A program made the position numbers and the translations under genes. Source: Bdellovibrionales bacterium (GTDB lineage: Bacteria; Bdellovibrionota; Bdellovibrionia; Bdellovibrionales; Bdellovibrionaceae). From it: a DNA stretch of 64,000 bases. The first letter of the stretch is position 1. Every line of letters begins with the position of its first letter. Shown here piece by piece: positions 1-9,425 of the stretch. Below the pieces are notes generated by a model. The model was not told where the DNA came from, ran no database searches, and saw only the letters and a program-made list of their open reading frames with translations. The stretch lies in the NCBI GenBank assembly GCA_031370005.1, contig JANMPT010000021.1, forward strand, positions 32,001 through 96,000, read 5' to 3'.

Positions 1-352
1 ATAATAAGCGCATATAGTCGTAGATCTCCGTCACAGTGCCGACGGTGGATCGAGGGTTGGTGCTCACGGATTTTTGATCAATGGCAATGGCTGGAGAAAG
101 ACCTGTTACTGATTCAACGTCAGGCTTTTTTAATTGCTCTAAAAAATTTCGAGCATAGGCCGAAAGACTTTCAACATAGCGGCGCTGGCCTTCGGCATAA
201 ATTGTATCAAAAGCAAGACTTGATTTTCCACTGCCACTGAGGCCAGTGAAAACTGTGATTTTATTACGAGGAATAAGTACACTCACATCTTTAAGATTGT
301 GTTCTTTTGCGCTTTTGACGACGATGCCATCGAATTCTTGATTTGAAGTCAT
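1..352 (-). CDS. uvrA: Excinuclease ABC subunit A, N-terminal part (runs off the window)
   Basis: Manual translation from ATG at 352: [23 protein letters not shown]...[34 protein letters not shown]...[10 protein letters not shown]...[19 protein letters not shown], the diagnostic UvrA N-terminus. Not in the ORF track. Confidence 0.98.
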   Translation of the reverse strand, partial: MTSNQEFDGIVVKSAKEHNLKDVSVLIPRNKITVFTGLSGSGKSSLAFDTIYAEGQRRYVESLSAYARNFLEQLKKPDVESVTGLSPAIAIDQKSVSTNPRSTVGTVTEIYDYMRLL

Positions 353-405
353 TTCGATATTCTATAAAAGTAGCAAGCGCCGGGCAAGAAGAGCTTTAAT
401 GCTCC

Positions 406-918
406 TTACTTGGTCCTTACTAAGGTTTCCTCTGATTGACAGACTGGACACACACCGTAAAGCTCAAGGACATGGTGGGTCAATTGGAAGCCAAATTGTT
501 TTGCCACTTTCTCTTGCAGAGCCTCGATAGTTTTATTCTCAAACTCAGAGATTTTCCCACAACGAATACAAGTAAGGTGATCATGGTGATTTTTTAAATT
601 GAGCTCATAACGAGCTGCCAAGCCACCCATGCGCAGTTCAGAAACAAAATTGCATTCCGTCAGTGTTCTTAGAAATCGATAAACCGTGGCAAAACCAATT
701 TCTGGATGATCTTCATACACTTTTTCAAAAAGTTCCTGGGCAGTGACATGACGACGCCCCTGACTGAGAGCTTTTAAAATGGCCATTCGCTGAGTTGTGA
801 CCTTCATATTAAGCGTACGAATAATACTTTTTAACTCTTGCTCCCCACTCTCTCCACTATAAACGATAATATCCTCATCTTTTTGGCGTGGTAAGGAAGG
901 AACTGACTCTCGACTCAT
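406..918 (-). CDS. fur: Fur-family metal-responsive transcriptional regulator
   Basis: TTQRMAIL...H.TAQEL, ATVYR, HHDHLTCIRCG and C-terminal CPVC motifs. ATG at 918 follows AGAGG. The Fur/Zur/PerR subtype is not certain. Confidence 0.9.
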   Translation of the reverse strand: MSRESVPSLPRQKDEDIIVYSGESGEQELKSIIRTLNMKVTTQRMAILKALSQGRRHVTAQELFEKVYEDHPEIGFATVYRFLRTLTECNFVSELRMGGLAARYELNLKNHHDHLTCIRCGKISEFENKTIEALQEKVAKQFGFQLTHHVLELYGVCPVCQSEETLVRTK

Positions 919-976
919 GGACACCTCTAGGCAAGAGGCTAGCTATATGCTAAGGCAAATTTAAAGTCTAGTTAAT

Positions 977-991
977 TAAGAATCATTATCA
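977..991. promoter_or_regulatory. Fur-box-like 7-1-7 inverted repeat
   Basis: Minus strand reads TGATAAT-G-ATTCTTA versus consensus TGATAAT-N-ATTATCA (12/14). It lies ~60 nt upstream of the Fur-family gene. Confidence 0.6.
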
Positions 992-1113
992 CTTAGAGCT
1001 GATGCAAAAAGCGCCTCAGCCTGAGTAATTATGATTTTAAACAAAACTCAATAGTGTTCCTTAGTAAAAGACACCACATACAGTAGCTTAAGTCGCTCTA
1101 CCAGGAGATTCAA

Positions 1114-1599
1114 ATGATTAAGTTTGTCACTTTTTTTATTCTCGCCTTTGCTCTTGTCTCTGTATGTTTAGCAGACACAGAGCTTCCTCTTCCAGGGCCT
1201 GGGTCTCCACCCTCACAAGGGCCTGGGTCTCCACCGCCACAAGGGCCTGAGAGTAGTACTTATACTATAGGCAGTGGACAGGTTGGACGCTTCAAAGAAC
1301 GCAGCTTCATTTTCTCCATACCTTCAAATCTCAATCGTATTCGTGGGTTGAGAGTTACTTGTACTCATCAAAAAATTAAAATTAAAAACATAACAGTCCA
1401 GTTCGCCGATGGGGAAGTGTCTGAGCAAACAGACCTCCTGGGAACTCTCAGTCTTGGAGAATTCAGAATCAGCTATTTACCTGGCAAAGCCGTCGCTGTC
1501 ATTACGGTTGTAGCCTCAAGTTCTTCGCTCTTTCGAAAAGATGGCGTCTTTATGTTAGATGCAACTACAGCAAATGCCTATTCAGGGACAGGCTTGTAA
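1114..1599 (+). CDS. Secreted hypothetical protein with a Pro-rich linker and a probable beta-sandwich domain
   Basis: AGGAG RBS, signal peptide, GPGSPP(S/P)Q repeats, then an alternating beta-strand pattern. Confidence 0.7.
   Translation: MIKFVTFFILAFALVSVCLADTELPLPGPGSPPSQGPGSPPPQGPESSTYTIGSGQVGRFKERSFIFSIPSNLNRIRGLRVTCTHQKIKIKNITVQFADGEVSEQTDLLGTLSLGEFRISYLPGKAVAVITVVASSSSLFRKDGVFMLDATTANAYSGTGL
1195..1249 (+). repeat. In-frame 24-bp tandem repeat (2.3 copies)
   Basis: GGGCCTGGGTCTCCACCCTCACAA / GGGCCTGGGTCTCCACCGCCACAA / GGGCCTG. Confidence 0.9.
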
Positions 1600-2058
1600 G
1601 CTGTTAATTAAACCATAAATTGTATTGCGTGCCCGTAGGTTTTCGCCTTGATAAACCATACGATCTAGACGCTGCAATTCAAATATCATGTCTTGCTTAC
1701 CCAAGCAGCCAGGAGGCGGAAATAATTGGGCCGGCCGACCCGAAGTGTTTAAACACTGATTTTTATTGATATCAAAACTTTTTTTAGCACAATTTTCTGA
1801 TTCATAGACTTCATATGTTTTGTTACCAATATTTTGAATACACTCAAGCTTACCAGAATCAAAACTCATACTTGTACAGATATCAATTGCGGCTTGATCG
1901 AAATACTCAAAGCTCCCGATTGCAGAAATACAAGCATCCCTATTGCGATCAAAGCTCATGCTAGTACAGATCTCAAAAGCCTGTTGACGACCAGCTGCTT
2001 GAACCATAGCGCCAAATAAAATCATCAAAACAATTAAAGTTATTAATTTCATATCCAT
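1582..2058 (-). CDS. Secreted Cys-rich repeat protein
   Basis: Signal peptide, then three ~30-aa units C-x4-FD-x5-C (C31/43, C61/73, C90/102). Confidence 0.7.
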   Translation of the reverse strand: MDMKLITLIVLMILFGAMVQAAGRQQAFEICTSMSFDRNRDACISAIGSFEYFDQAAIDICTSMSFDSGKLECIQNIGNKTYEVYESENCAKKSFDINKNQCLNTSGRPAQLFPPPGCLGKQDMIFELQRLDRMVYQGENLRARNTIYGLINSLQACP

Positions 2059-2086
2059 CCCTTTATTTTTTCTTTTAACACTCTAT

Positions 2087-2536
2087 TTATTTCAAATTCC
2101 TAGTAATAGTGCAAAGCTCATCACATCTTTCATTATAAGTATTGCCGGCATGAGCCTTGACCCATTTCCAATCAATTTGATGACTTTCATTCAAATCATC
2201 TAAGGCTTTGATTTGATCCAAATGAGGTATCGAGCGACCATTTTTCTTCAGCCATCCATAGGACTTCCATTCAGACATTCGAAGTGTCACAGCATCAACT
2301 AGAATTCTTGAGTCAGAATAAAGAGTAATATGAGAATTTGCAGGAAGGGATTTCAAAGCTTCAATTGCGGCCTGAAACTCCATAAAATTACTATTGCAGT
2401 TTCGCATACTTCCTGAACACTCACGATGAATTTTACCACTTCTGACGATGACATAAGCCCATGAACCGCAGCCATCCTTACAGCTACCGTCAGTATAAAC
2501 CTCATAAGCCTTACGAAAAACACCCCATTGAAGCAT
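2087..2536 (-). CDS. rnhA: Ribonuclease HI
   Basis: YTDGSC, NxMEFQA, YSDS, WVKAHAGNTYNERCDEL catalytic motifs. Confidence 0.93.
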   Translation of the reverse strand: MLQWGVFRKAYEVYTDGSCKDGCGSWAYVIVRSGKIHRECSGSMRNCNSNFMEFQAAIEALKSLPANSHITLYSDSRILVDAVTLRMSEWKSYGWLKKNGRSIPHLDQIKALDDLNESHQIDWKWVKAHAGNTYNERCDELCTITRNLK

Positions 2537-2584
2537 ATCTTCAGATTAAAACACATAATTGAGAAATTTTCTAATTATCAAGTC

Positions 2585-3511
2585 CTAGCGCAAGCCACCG
2601 GCCACACCTTTAGTAATCAAGGCTTCGGCATTGTGAGGATGCAGACTCTCGAGGTGTTTAACCTCAATTCGATAATCCACAATGTCTTTAACGCGATCCA
2701 AAATTATTTTAATTCTACGAGAGGCATCTTCGCAAAACATCAAATTTTGTCCATTGCGAAGAGCAAACTCTTGTTCATCTTCACGTTTCACGGCCCCTTG
2801 CACCGGGGTTTGCAAAGCGTCTTCAACGATATCGATAAGATCTTCAAAACTCAAAGTTGAATGCGAAGATATTAACTGTACCTTAACTCTTGCCTCACTT
2901 CTTTGCGCATGTGGTGTCGCAACCACACCTTGGGTACTGCCAAGCCATTGATGTATGTCATCGAAGTTCAATTCCTCTTGGCTTAAAAACTCTTGCTTAA
3001 AATTTTCTTGGATCAACTGACGAGACAGGGCCGCTGAGGCCGGGCAAGTGCTGGAATATGTGACCAGAACTTCTGCAAAAATCTTGGCACTAGCCTCCAT
3101 ATTTTCAGCTGACAAAGTCACCGGGTAAGTTCGCCAGGCCTTGTTTTCAGACTTAAGTGATTTTCTTTGAAGAGGAGCCTCAAATTTCACGGCAACAAAA
3201 GAACGACGACTGAGCTCTTCATGAGTTTTTAAAAACTCTTGAGATAACTCCTCTAAAACAGCATAACTTAAAGTTTTACTTGAAAGATATTCTTGTGCTG
3301 AAAGATACAAACGTGACATATGGATTCCGCGGGAAGAAGCACGATCTAAGCTGACCTTGGCCTCCACGCGGGCCGGAACTCGAAATAAAACAGACTCATC
3401 TGATAAAAGCAAAATTGGAACTTCAATATTCCCCATACCCACTTGGTCTATGGGCGGATAAAAATCTTTTCTCATTTCATTGGCGACATCTGGCAGCTTA
3501 TGTTTATCCAT
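2585..3511 (-). CDS. folE2: GTP cyclohydrolase IB (FolE2)
   Basis: LPDVA, RGIHMSR, STCPAS, PHAQRS, VKREDE, NLMFCED, ESLHPHNA. Start placed at the ATG after AGGA. Confidence 0.95.
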   Translation of the reverse strand: MDKHKLPDVANEMRKDFYPPIDQVGMGNIEVPILLLSDESVLFRVPARVEAKVSLDRASSRGIHMSRLYLSAQEYLSSKTLSYAVLEELSQEFLKTHEELSRRSFVAVKFEAPLQRKSLKSENKAWRTYPVTLSAENMEASAKIFAEVLVTYSSTCPASAALSRQLIQENFKQEFLSQEELNFDDIHQWLGSTQGVVATPHAQRSEARVKVQLISSHSTLSFEDLIDIVEDALQTPVQGAVKREDEQEFALRNGQNLMFCEDASRRIKIILDRVKDIVDYRIEVKHLESLHPHNAEALITKGVAGGLR

Positions 3512-3628
3512 TTTTAATTCCTGCAAATTTTAATGATTTTCAGACTCACACTTTGTGAATGAACTATATACTCTCAAGCTGGTGTTTTAGCTCGAATTTT
3601 CTATTTTTTTGACTTATAAATGAAGTAA

Positions 3629-4201
3629 ATGAAAAAATTAGTCCTCGCAAGCACTTCCAAATATCGTCAAGAGCTTTTAAAGCAATTAGGCCTGACCTTT
3701 GAAATTCAAAAACCCCTTATTGATGAAGAGGCGGAAAAAGATCCCTCACTAAGCCCTCAAAAGTTGGCTGAAAAATTGGCATTTTTGAAAGCGCAAAGCC
3801 TAAAGGGCATGGGCTTGGTTGTCATTGGTACCGACCAATTGGTCGCCTGCGGCAGTAAGATTTTTGGAAAACCACATACCCATGACCAGGCCATTGAGCA
3901 GCTACTCTATCTGCAAGGAAAGGTTCACGAGCTTATAACTGCCACCTGTATTTTTGACGACGAAAAATGGACTCCTTTCGTTGACATCACCCGTCTGCAT
4001 ATGAAAGCGCTCTCCAGGGAACAAATTAAACGTTATATTACTCTGGATCAGCCCCTTGATTCTTCTGGATCCTATAAAATTGAAAACCACGGCATGATGC
4101 TCTTTAACAAAATTGAGAGTGATGATTTTAGCGCCATTCAAGGCTTGCCCCTGCTGGCACTATCCCAGATACTAAAGGACTCTGGCTTTGCAATTCCATG
4201 A
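3629..4201 (+). CDS. maf: Maf-family nucleoside triphosphate pyrophosphatase (YceF-like signature)
   Basis: LASTSKYR, GTDQ, GKP, GSYKIE, GLPL. Confidence 0.92.
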   Translation: MKKLVLASTSKYRQELLKQLGLTFEIQKPLIDEEAEKDPSLSPQKLAEKLAFLKAQSLKGMGLVVIGTDQLVACGSKIFGKPHTHDQAIEQLLYLQGKVHELITATCIFDDEKWTPFVDITRLHMKALSREQIKRYITLDQPLDSSGSYKIENHGMMLFNKIESDDFSAIQGLPLLALSQILKDSGFAIP

Positions 4202-4209
4202 GGTGAGCT

Positions 4210-4605
4210 GTGGATACTGAACTTTTAAAATGGGCGCTCGAGGGTCAAAAAAATTCCTATGCCCCCTACTCTGGAAAACATATTGGTGCTGCGGTCCTAA
4301 TGGATAACGGCAAGATTTATAATGGCTGTAATGTTGAAAACGCATCCTATGGGGGAACTGTTTGTGCTGAACGCACCGCAATTTTTAAAGCTATTAGTGA
4401 TGGTGCCAAGAAAATTAAAGAAGTGATGGTTGTTAGCTCAGAGCAAAACCCATGGCCCCCTTGCGGATTTTGCCGTCAGGTGATTGCTGAATTTGCAGGC
4501 CCAGACACTCAGATTCATCTTTCAAACCCACAAGGGCACTCTCGCACTTTGAATTTTATAGACCTATTTCCTGAAGCTTTCGGTCCAGCCCAATTACAGA
4601 AATAA
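4210..4605 (+). CDS. cdd: Cytidine deaminase (homotetrameric type)
   Basis: YAPYS, GCNVENASY, CAERTA, PCGFCRQ. Confidence 0.95.
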   Translation: MDTELLKWALEGQKNSYAPYSGKHIGAAVLMDNGKIYNGCNVENASYGGTVCAERTAIFKAISDGAKKIKEVMVVSSEQNPWPPCGFCRQVIAEFAGPDTQIHLSNPQGHSRTLNFIDLFPEAFGPAQLQK

Positions 4606-4606
4606 T

Positions 4607-6856
4607 TTAGTTTAAACTTTTAATTAGTTTACGATCCCCAACTATCCATATTAAATCTCCAGACTCAATAGTGAGCATTGAGTCTGGATTTAGTATACGT
4701 CTTCCGGCTCGTTCTATCCCTACTACGATACCTTTTGTAACATCGCGGAGGCCAGAATTACGGATTGTTTTTCCAATATAAATGGATTTTTCTGAGACGA
4801 TATATTGCTCCAGAGCATAATCACCGGCTGAGCTGGAGATGTCTTCGATGCTTTTCTCATAATCAAGAAACTTTTTAAATTTCAAAAGTTGATCATCAGT
4901 TCCTATCACAAAAATACGGTCCAATGGCATAAGCATTTCTGCACGGCCCGGAGCTGTAATCCGACGCTCGCCGCGACGAATTAAGGCTATAGTTACTTCG
5001 TATTTTTCTCGAATCGATAGACTCTCAAGTGACTTCCCCACGTAGTTCGCTTCCTGAGGAATAACAAACTCAACCAGATGGGCATCCCAAGGAGCCATCG
5101 GCGCCATCTCGGCGCGAGTAATTTTTTTCACTAGTATTTCTTCTTCTTCTTGGCTCTTGTGATAAAAATTCTTCAAAAAACGCCCCTCAATGTGGCCGTA
5201 AAGTCTTTCAAAGTGATTGTAAAAAAATAAAATAAGAGTCGAAAGCGCCAATAGCATGATTACCACCGGAAAAACATCCGGTACAAGTTGTGTAAGTAGC
5301 GCAGTTAACAAAATTAAGCCCCAAACACTTCGAATCAAATAAAAAAATAAAATTGAAGTGGGGACCACTCGCTTATTCAAAATTATCGGAAATGCATAAC
5401 CCTTTACCTTACTAAACATCAAAGCCCAAAAAAATGGCGCTGATAAAGCTAAGCTTATGGCAACGCAAGTCAGCGTCGATATAAAACTATCTTTAAATCT
5501 ATCACGCAACCAAGGCAAAAAACCTTGAGACATCACTAAAAAAATAGCCACAATGATCACAGTATTTAAAAGCATTTTCACGCAGAAGTTTTTAAAATAT
5601 CCGTGACGCGTATCCAAAGGTCCGCGACTAATTGGCAAAAGGCTATATGCATCTAGTGCCTTTCGAACATGCATAGGCATCACTTTTTCAATCCGCGAAT
5701 AGATCCCGTCTGCTGCTTTAACCAGGTATGGAGTTGTAAAAGCACTCAGTACTGACATGGACACCACTAGGGGATATAGAATCTCATTGGTCAGCTTTAG
5801 CGTAACACCAAGGCCTGCTATAATATATGAGAACTCGCCGATCTGTGCCAGGCTCAGTCCTGCTTGTAAGGAAGTCTTCAAATTCTGACCAGAAATCAGA
5901 GAGCCAAAACTAACACTAAAAACCTGACCAAAAATCATCAACATACTCAGTAAAAGCACAGTCATCCAGTGATCTGCAAGAATCCGTGGATCAATAAGCA
6001 TACCTACTGAAATAAAAAAAATCGCAGAGAAAAGATCTTTAACTGAAGTAATAACTGACTCAATTCGCTCCCCCTCACTGGTTTCGGCAAGCAATGAGCC
6101 CATAATGAAGGCACCAAGTGCCGGAGAGAAGCCCGCATTGCTAGCAAGCACAACCATTAAAAAGCAAAGCCCCAAAGAAATAATCAAAGTTGCTTCTGGA
6201 TTCAGAAGAAGGCGAATTCGCTTAACCAAATTCGGTAAAATAAAAACACCCACCATGAACCAAATGCAAAAAAAGAAAATTAAGCGTAAAATTTGTTCTA
6301 CGAGCTGCCCACCTCGAAATTCACGGCCGACTTCCAAGCTTGATAACAGCATCATCAGTAAAACGGCTGCAAGGTCTTCAAAAATTAAAATACCAATTAC
6401 AAAACTTACAAAACGTCGACCCTTAAGCCCAAGTTCTTCAAAAGTTTTTACAAGGATAGTTGTAGAAGAAATTGAAATTGCAGCCCCAAGGAAAAGACTG
6501 CTTACCCAATCCCAATCCATGATTTTTCCGGCAGCAAAACCCAGCAGCATCATTACACTTACCTGAAAGGCGGCAGTGATTCCCGCAGAAGGCCCGACAC
6601 TCATCAGTTTTCTAAAACTAAATTCAAGACCGATTGCAAACAAAAGGAAGATCACACCAATTTCAGCCCAAACACCAATTCCCGTTAAATCCGTCACTGT
6701 TGGCAACCAGGGTTGATGAGGCCCCACGAGCATTCCTGCCACCAAATATCCGAGAACTACGGGTTGTTTTAATTTTTTAAAAATAAGACTAACAACAGCT
6801 GCTACAACAAGTATAAGCGCTAGGTCCTGAATTATCTGAGGAAGATGTGCCGTCAT
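4607..6856 (-). CDS. CPA2 cation:proton antiporter with two C-terminal TrkA-C domains
   Basis: Many TM helices, IGLEFS, SSTTI, FEDL, QIGEFS, two RCK-C-like repeats. Start placed at MTAHL. Confidence 0.9.
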   Translation of the reverse strand: MTAHLPQIIQDLALILVVAAVVSLIFKKLKQPVVLGYLVAGMLVGPHQPWLPTVTDLTGIGVWAEIGVIFLLFAIGLEFSFRKLMSVGPSAGITAAFQVSVMMLLGFAAGKIMDWDWVSSLFLGAAISISSTTILVKTFEELGLKGRRFVSFVIGILIFEDLAAVLLMMLLSSLEVGREFRGGQLVEQILRLIFFFCIWFMVGVFILPNLVKRIRLLLNPEATLIISLGLCFLMVVLASNAGFSPALGAFIMGSLLAETSEGERIESVITSVKDLFSAIFFISVGMLIDPRILADHWMTVLLLSMLMIFGQVFSVSFGSLISGQNLKTSLQAGLSLAQIGEFSYIIAGLGVTLKLTNEILYPLVVSMSVLSAFTTPYLVKAADGIYSRIEKVMPMHVRKALDAYSLLPISRGPLDTRHGYFKNFCVKMLLNTVIIVAIFLVMSQGFLPWLRDRFKDSFISTLTCVAISLALSAPFFWALMFSKVKGYAFPIILNKRVVPTSILFFYLIRSVWGLILLTALLTQLVPDVFPVVIMLLALSTLILFFYNHFERLYGHIEGRFLKNFYHKSQEEEEILVKKITRAEMAPMAPWDAHLVEFVIPQEANYVGKSLESLSIREKYEVTIALIRRGERRITAPGRAEMLMPLDRIFVIGTDDQLLKFKKFLDYEKSIEDISSSAGDYALEQYIVSEKSIYIGKTIRNSGLRDVTKGIVVGIERAGRRILNPDSMLTIESGDLIWIVGDRKLIKSLN

Positions 6857-6926
6857 GCCACTATATTGCAAGCACAAGGCCTGTTTGAAAAGGCGTATAA
6901 ATAAAAAACATAAACTTACAGAAACC

Positions 6927-6958
6927 AAAAAAAAAGAGGCCCTTCAGCCTCTTTTTTT
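6927..6958. terminator. Intrinsic terminator downstream of the S8 protease gene (potentially bidirectional)
   Basis: A9-GAGGC-ccttca-GCCTC-T7. Confidence 0.85.
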
Positions 6959-6980
6959 GTTTCTTCTTAAAAAAATCTAA

Positions 6981-8654
6981 TTACTTACCTAAAGCAGCAC
7001 TTACAGCAGCCTCTGCATTTATTAATCCAGAGCCCAATTCATTTTTTGTATTAGTGCCGCCCAATGTTTGAGCTGTTTTTTTGAAAATCTCCTTAACTTC
7101 AGAAGGCTTCAAATTTTTATTTGCTGCTTTTACAAGGGCAGCTACTCCAGCCACATGTGGAGTTGCCATTGAAGTCCCATCAAAGCTTGCATAGTCTGTT
7201 CTAAGAGTGACGATAGAAGCTAATACTTGATGGCCAGCTGTCAATTCAGTTTTCAAAGATTGGCCAGCAGATTGCTCAATCATTACCACCGCAATATCCA
7301 TAGTAGAACCATCTTGAGTCAAAGCTCCATGGATTAGGCCGGGAGCGTTGTTGTAAATAATAACACCAGCGGCATGTGCTTTCAAAGCATTGCCAACTTT
7401 TTCACCGAAAGTAATTTCACCACGAGAAACCAAAACATATTTTCCTGTAAAGTCCTTGCCTACGAAATCTTCAGGCTTACCCATACCGCCGTCCACAAGT
7501 TCAACGTCAACAGCCTTGTCTAGTTCTTTAGCCCCTTGGAAAGTTGTACTAATTACTTTTGCGGGCTGTCCATTCACAGTAACAGTGACTTCAGATTCAC
7601 GACCAGCTCCCTGAGGAACCGAGGAAACTACATCCACTCCCGGAGCAACAATTGCCAACTCTGGACCATATTGAGAGAAATCTGCTTTTTCCAACTTTGC
7701 GTTGATAGCACCTACTGCAATAACAGTTGGTAAGGCTGCAGGATAACTAACAGTGGCTGTACCGCTATTGCCAGAAGCTGCCACAATTGTAACACCAGCA
7801 GCATCAGCTGCTGCCACGGCAGATTTCTCTGCCGGAGTACTCCACATACCACCGAGAGACATTGAAATTACATCAACCTTCTCTTGAATACCCCAGTTGA
7901 TACCTTGTGCGATCGCAATGTTGCTGCAGCCTTGCTCAGAACACACACGGCCCATTAGTAGTTTTGCTTCAGGAGCAACCCCAGAGAAACCAGAAGCCAT
8001 TTGAACACCGGCAATAGTTCCAGAGACATGTGTTCCATGACCCACTTTATCGGTGAAATCAGAGCCATCACTTTCGCCTGTAAAGTCGTGACCCTTTTCA
8101 AAGTTTGCTTTCAAAGATGGATGTTCAGCATCAATACCCGTATCTAAAACAAGAACACGAGCACCGAGTCCTTTATTCCCCGATGCCTTCCAGGCTTCTG
8201 GAGCTTTTACAGCGGCAATACCCCAAGGCTGAGTCAAGGCAGAGCTTGCAGAAGAGTAATTTTGAGTATTATTTTTTGAAAATGAAACAAACCCCTTCAT
8301 AGGTTTTGGTGCTGGATGAAAAATTTCTTTTTCTATAAATGCGACATCAGAATTATTTTTTAATTTTTCGACCTCTGAAGCTTCAGTATTAATTACTAGA
8401 GTGTTGAGATTGTCTAAGCTATCAACAAGCTTTGCGTCGACTTTTGCGAACTGACCAAAACTTGTGCCAAGGCCGAAACCTCTCAAACCGATATCTGACT
8501 TATGTGAAAAGGCTGTGTTTGCTGTTTTGAATGACTGAGTCGACTTCAATACAACAAGATAACGTTGGCCAGCAAATGCTCCACTTGTAAGAACAAGAGA
8601 AATGAACGCAACTAATATCTGTAATTTCACCTGTAATTTTACTTGTAACTTCAT
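6981..8654 (-). CDS. Secreted S8 subtilisin-like serine protease with prodomain and PA domain
   Basis: VLDTG, HGTHVSG and GTSMATPHVAG triad; PA insert (RGEITFGEK...A.GVIIYNN); signal peptide; AGGGGG RBS before ATG 8654. Confidence 0.95.
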   Translation of the reverse strand: MKLQVKLQVKLQILVAFISLVLTSGAFAGQRYLVVLKSTQSFKTANTAFSHKSDIGLRGFGLGTSFGQFAKVDAKLVDSLDNLNTLVINTEASEVEKLKNNSDVAFIEKEIFHPAPKPMKGFVSFSKNNTQNYSSASSALTQPWGIAAVKAPEAWKASGNKGLGARVLVLDTGIDAEHPSLKANFEKGHDFTGESDGSDFTDKVGHGTHVSGTIAGVQMASGFSGVAPEAKLLMGRVCSEQGCSNIAIAQGINWGIQEKVDVISMSLGGMWSTPAEKSAVAAADAAGVTIVAASGNSGTATVSYPAALPTVIAVGAINAKLEKADFSQYGPELAIVAPGVDVVSSVPQGAGRESEVTVTVNGQPAKVISTTFQGAKELDKAVDVELVDGGMGKPEDFVGKDFTGKYVLVSRGEITFGEKVGNALKAHAAGVIIYNNAPGLIHGALTQDGSTMDIAVVMIEQSAGQSLKTELTAGHQVLASIVTLRTDYASFDGTSMATPHVAGVAALVKAANKNLKPSEVKEIFKKTAQTLGGTNTKNELGSGLINAEAAVSAALGK

Positions 8655-9067
8655 GATCCCCCCTGAAGCAGCCAGGGATTTCATTTTTAAAATCCCTGTA
8701 TGAACAAGGATCAGATTCCAAAGTGGAACCAGATGCAAGAAAACTTTTTGTAATTTTTCCCAATGATATCGCGAACAAAAAAAATGAAATTATCTGTCAT
8801 CATCCACTGGTCCCAGCTTGGAACCTCAACTCAAATACGGAACCAATTAAGGCATTTAAATAAGAAAATATAATACGATCTATTACTTTTTATGGGACAA
8901 ATGCCAGTTTAATAAACATATGAAAGCAACGCAGTGCGAACGAAATATGCTCGAACACGAAGCTCAGGATTTCGATTTTCGACTATATTAAACCCACTTA
9001 TGTAGAAAATCCCTGTCAGAATACTGACAGTGGGTTTTTAGCGGGCAATCACATATAACTAACTTAA

Positions 9068-9382
9068 ATGGGAAAAAAAATTCTGCATCTCACAGTATTA
9101 GTAGGTCTTTACTCTGTTCAATCCTTGGCTCAAAACACGCCATGGATTTTTACTTCAGCCCTTCCAACAAAAAAAGAGATGATCCGCATCCAGAGAACTG
9201 AAACTTGTCGCCCATTTGCGATGAAACTCATGTCGAATAAGTGCACCCAGTACAAGCAAGGTTATGTTTGCCCGCAAGAAGACTCCGGTCAGTTTGTTAT
9301 CTCAACATATTCGAGTAAAAAGGATTGCACAAAGGCGCTAAATAAAGTGCGCCATTTGCTCGCTAATAATGCCAATAAATAA
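9068..9382 (+). CDS. Small secreted protein with four Cys
   Basis: Signal peptide ending SLA; no recognised family. Confidence 0.6.
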   Translation: MGKKILHLTVLVGLYSVQSLAQNTPWIFTSALPTKKEMIRIQRTETCRPFAMKLMSNKCTQYKQGYVCPQEDSGQFVISTYSSKKDCTKALNKVRHLLANNANK

Positions 9383-9425
9383 TGATTTTCTTATCTTAAA
9401 ATAAGATGGACTGAGTTCACATTTT

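Noticed and set aside
1195..1249. 24-bp direct repeats as a mini CRISPR array
   Set aside because: No spacers, in-frame within a CDS, and no cas genes.
2087..2536. RNase H as part of a retroelement or defence system
   Set aside because: No reverse transcriptase or effector nearby; the neighbours are housekeeping genes.
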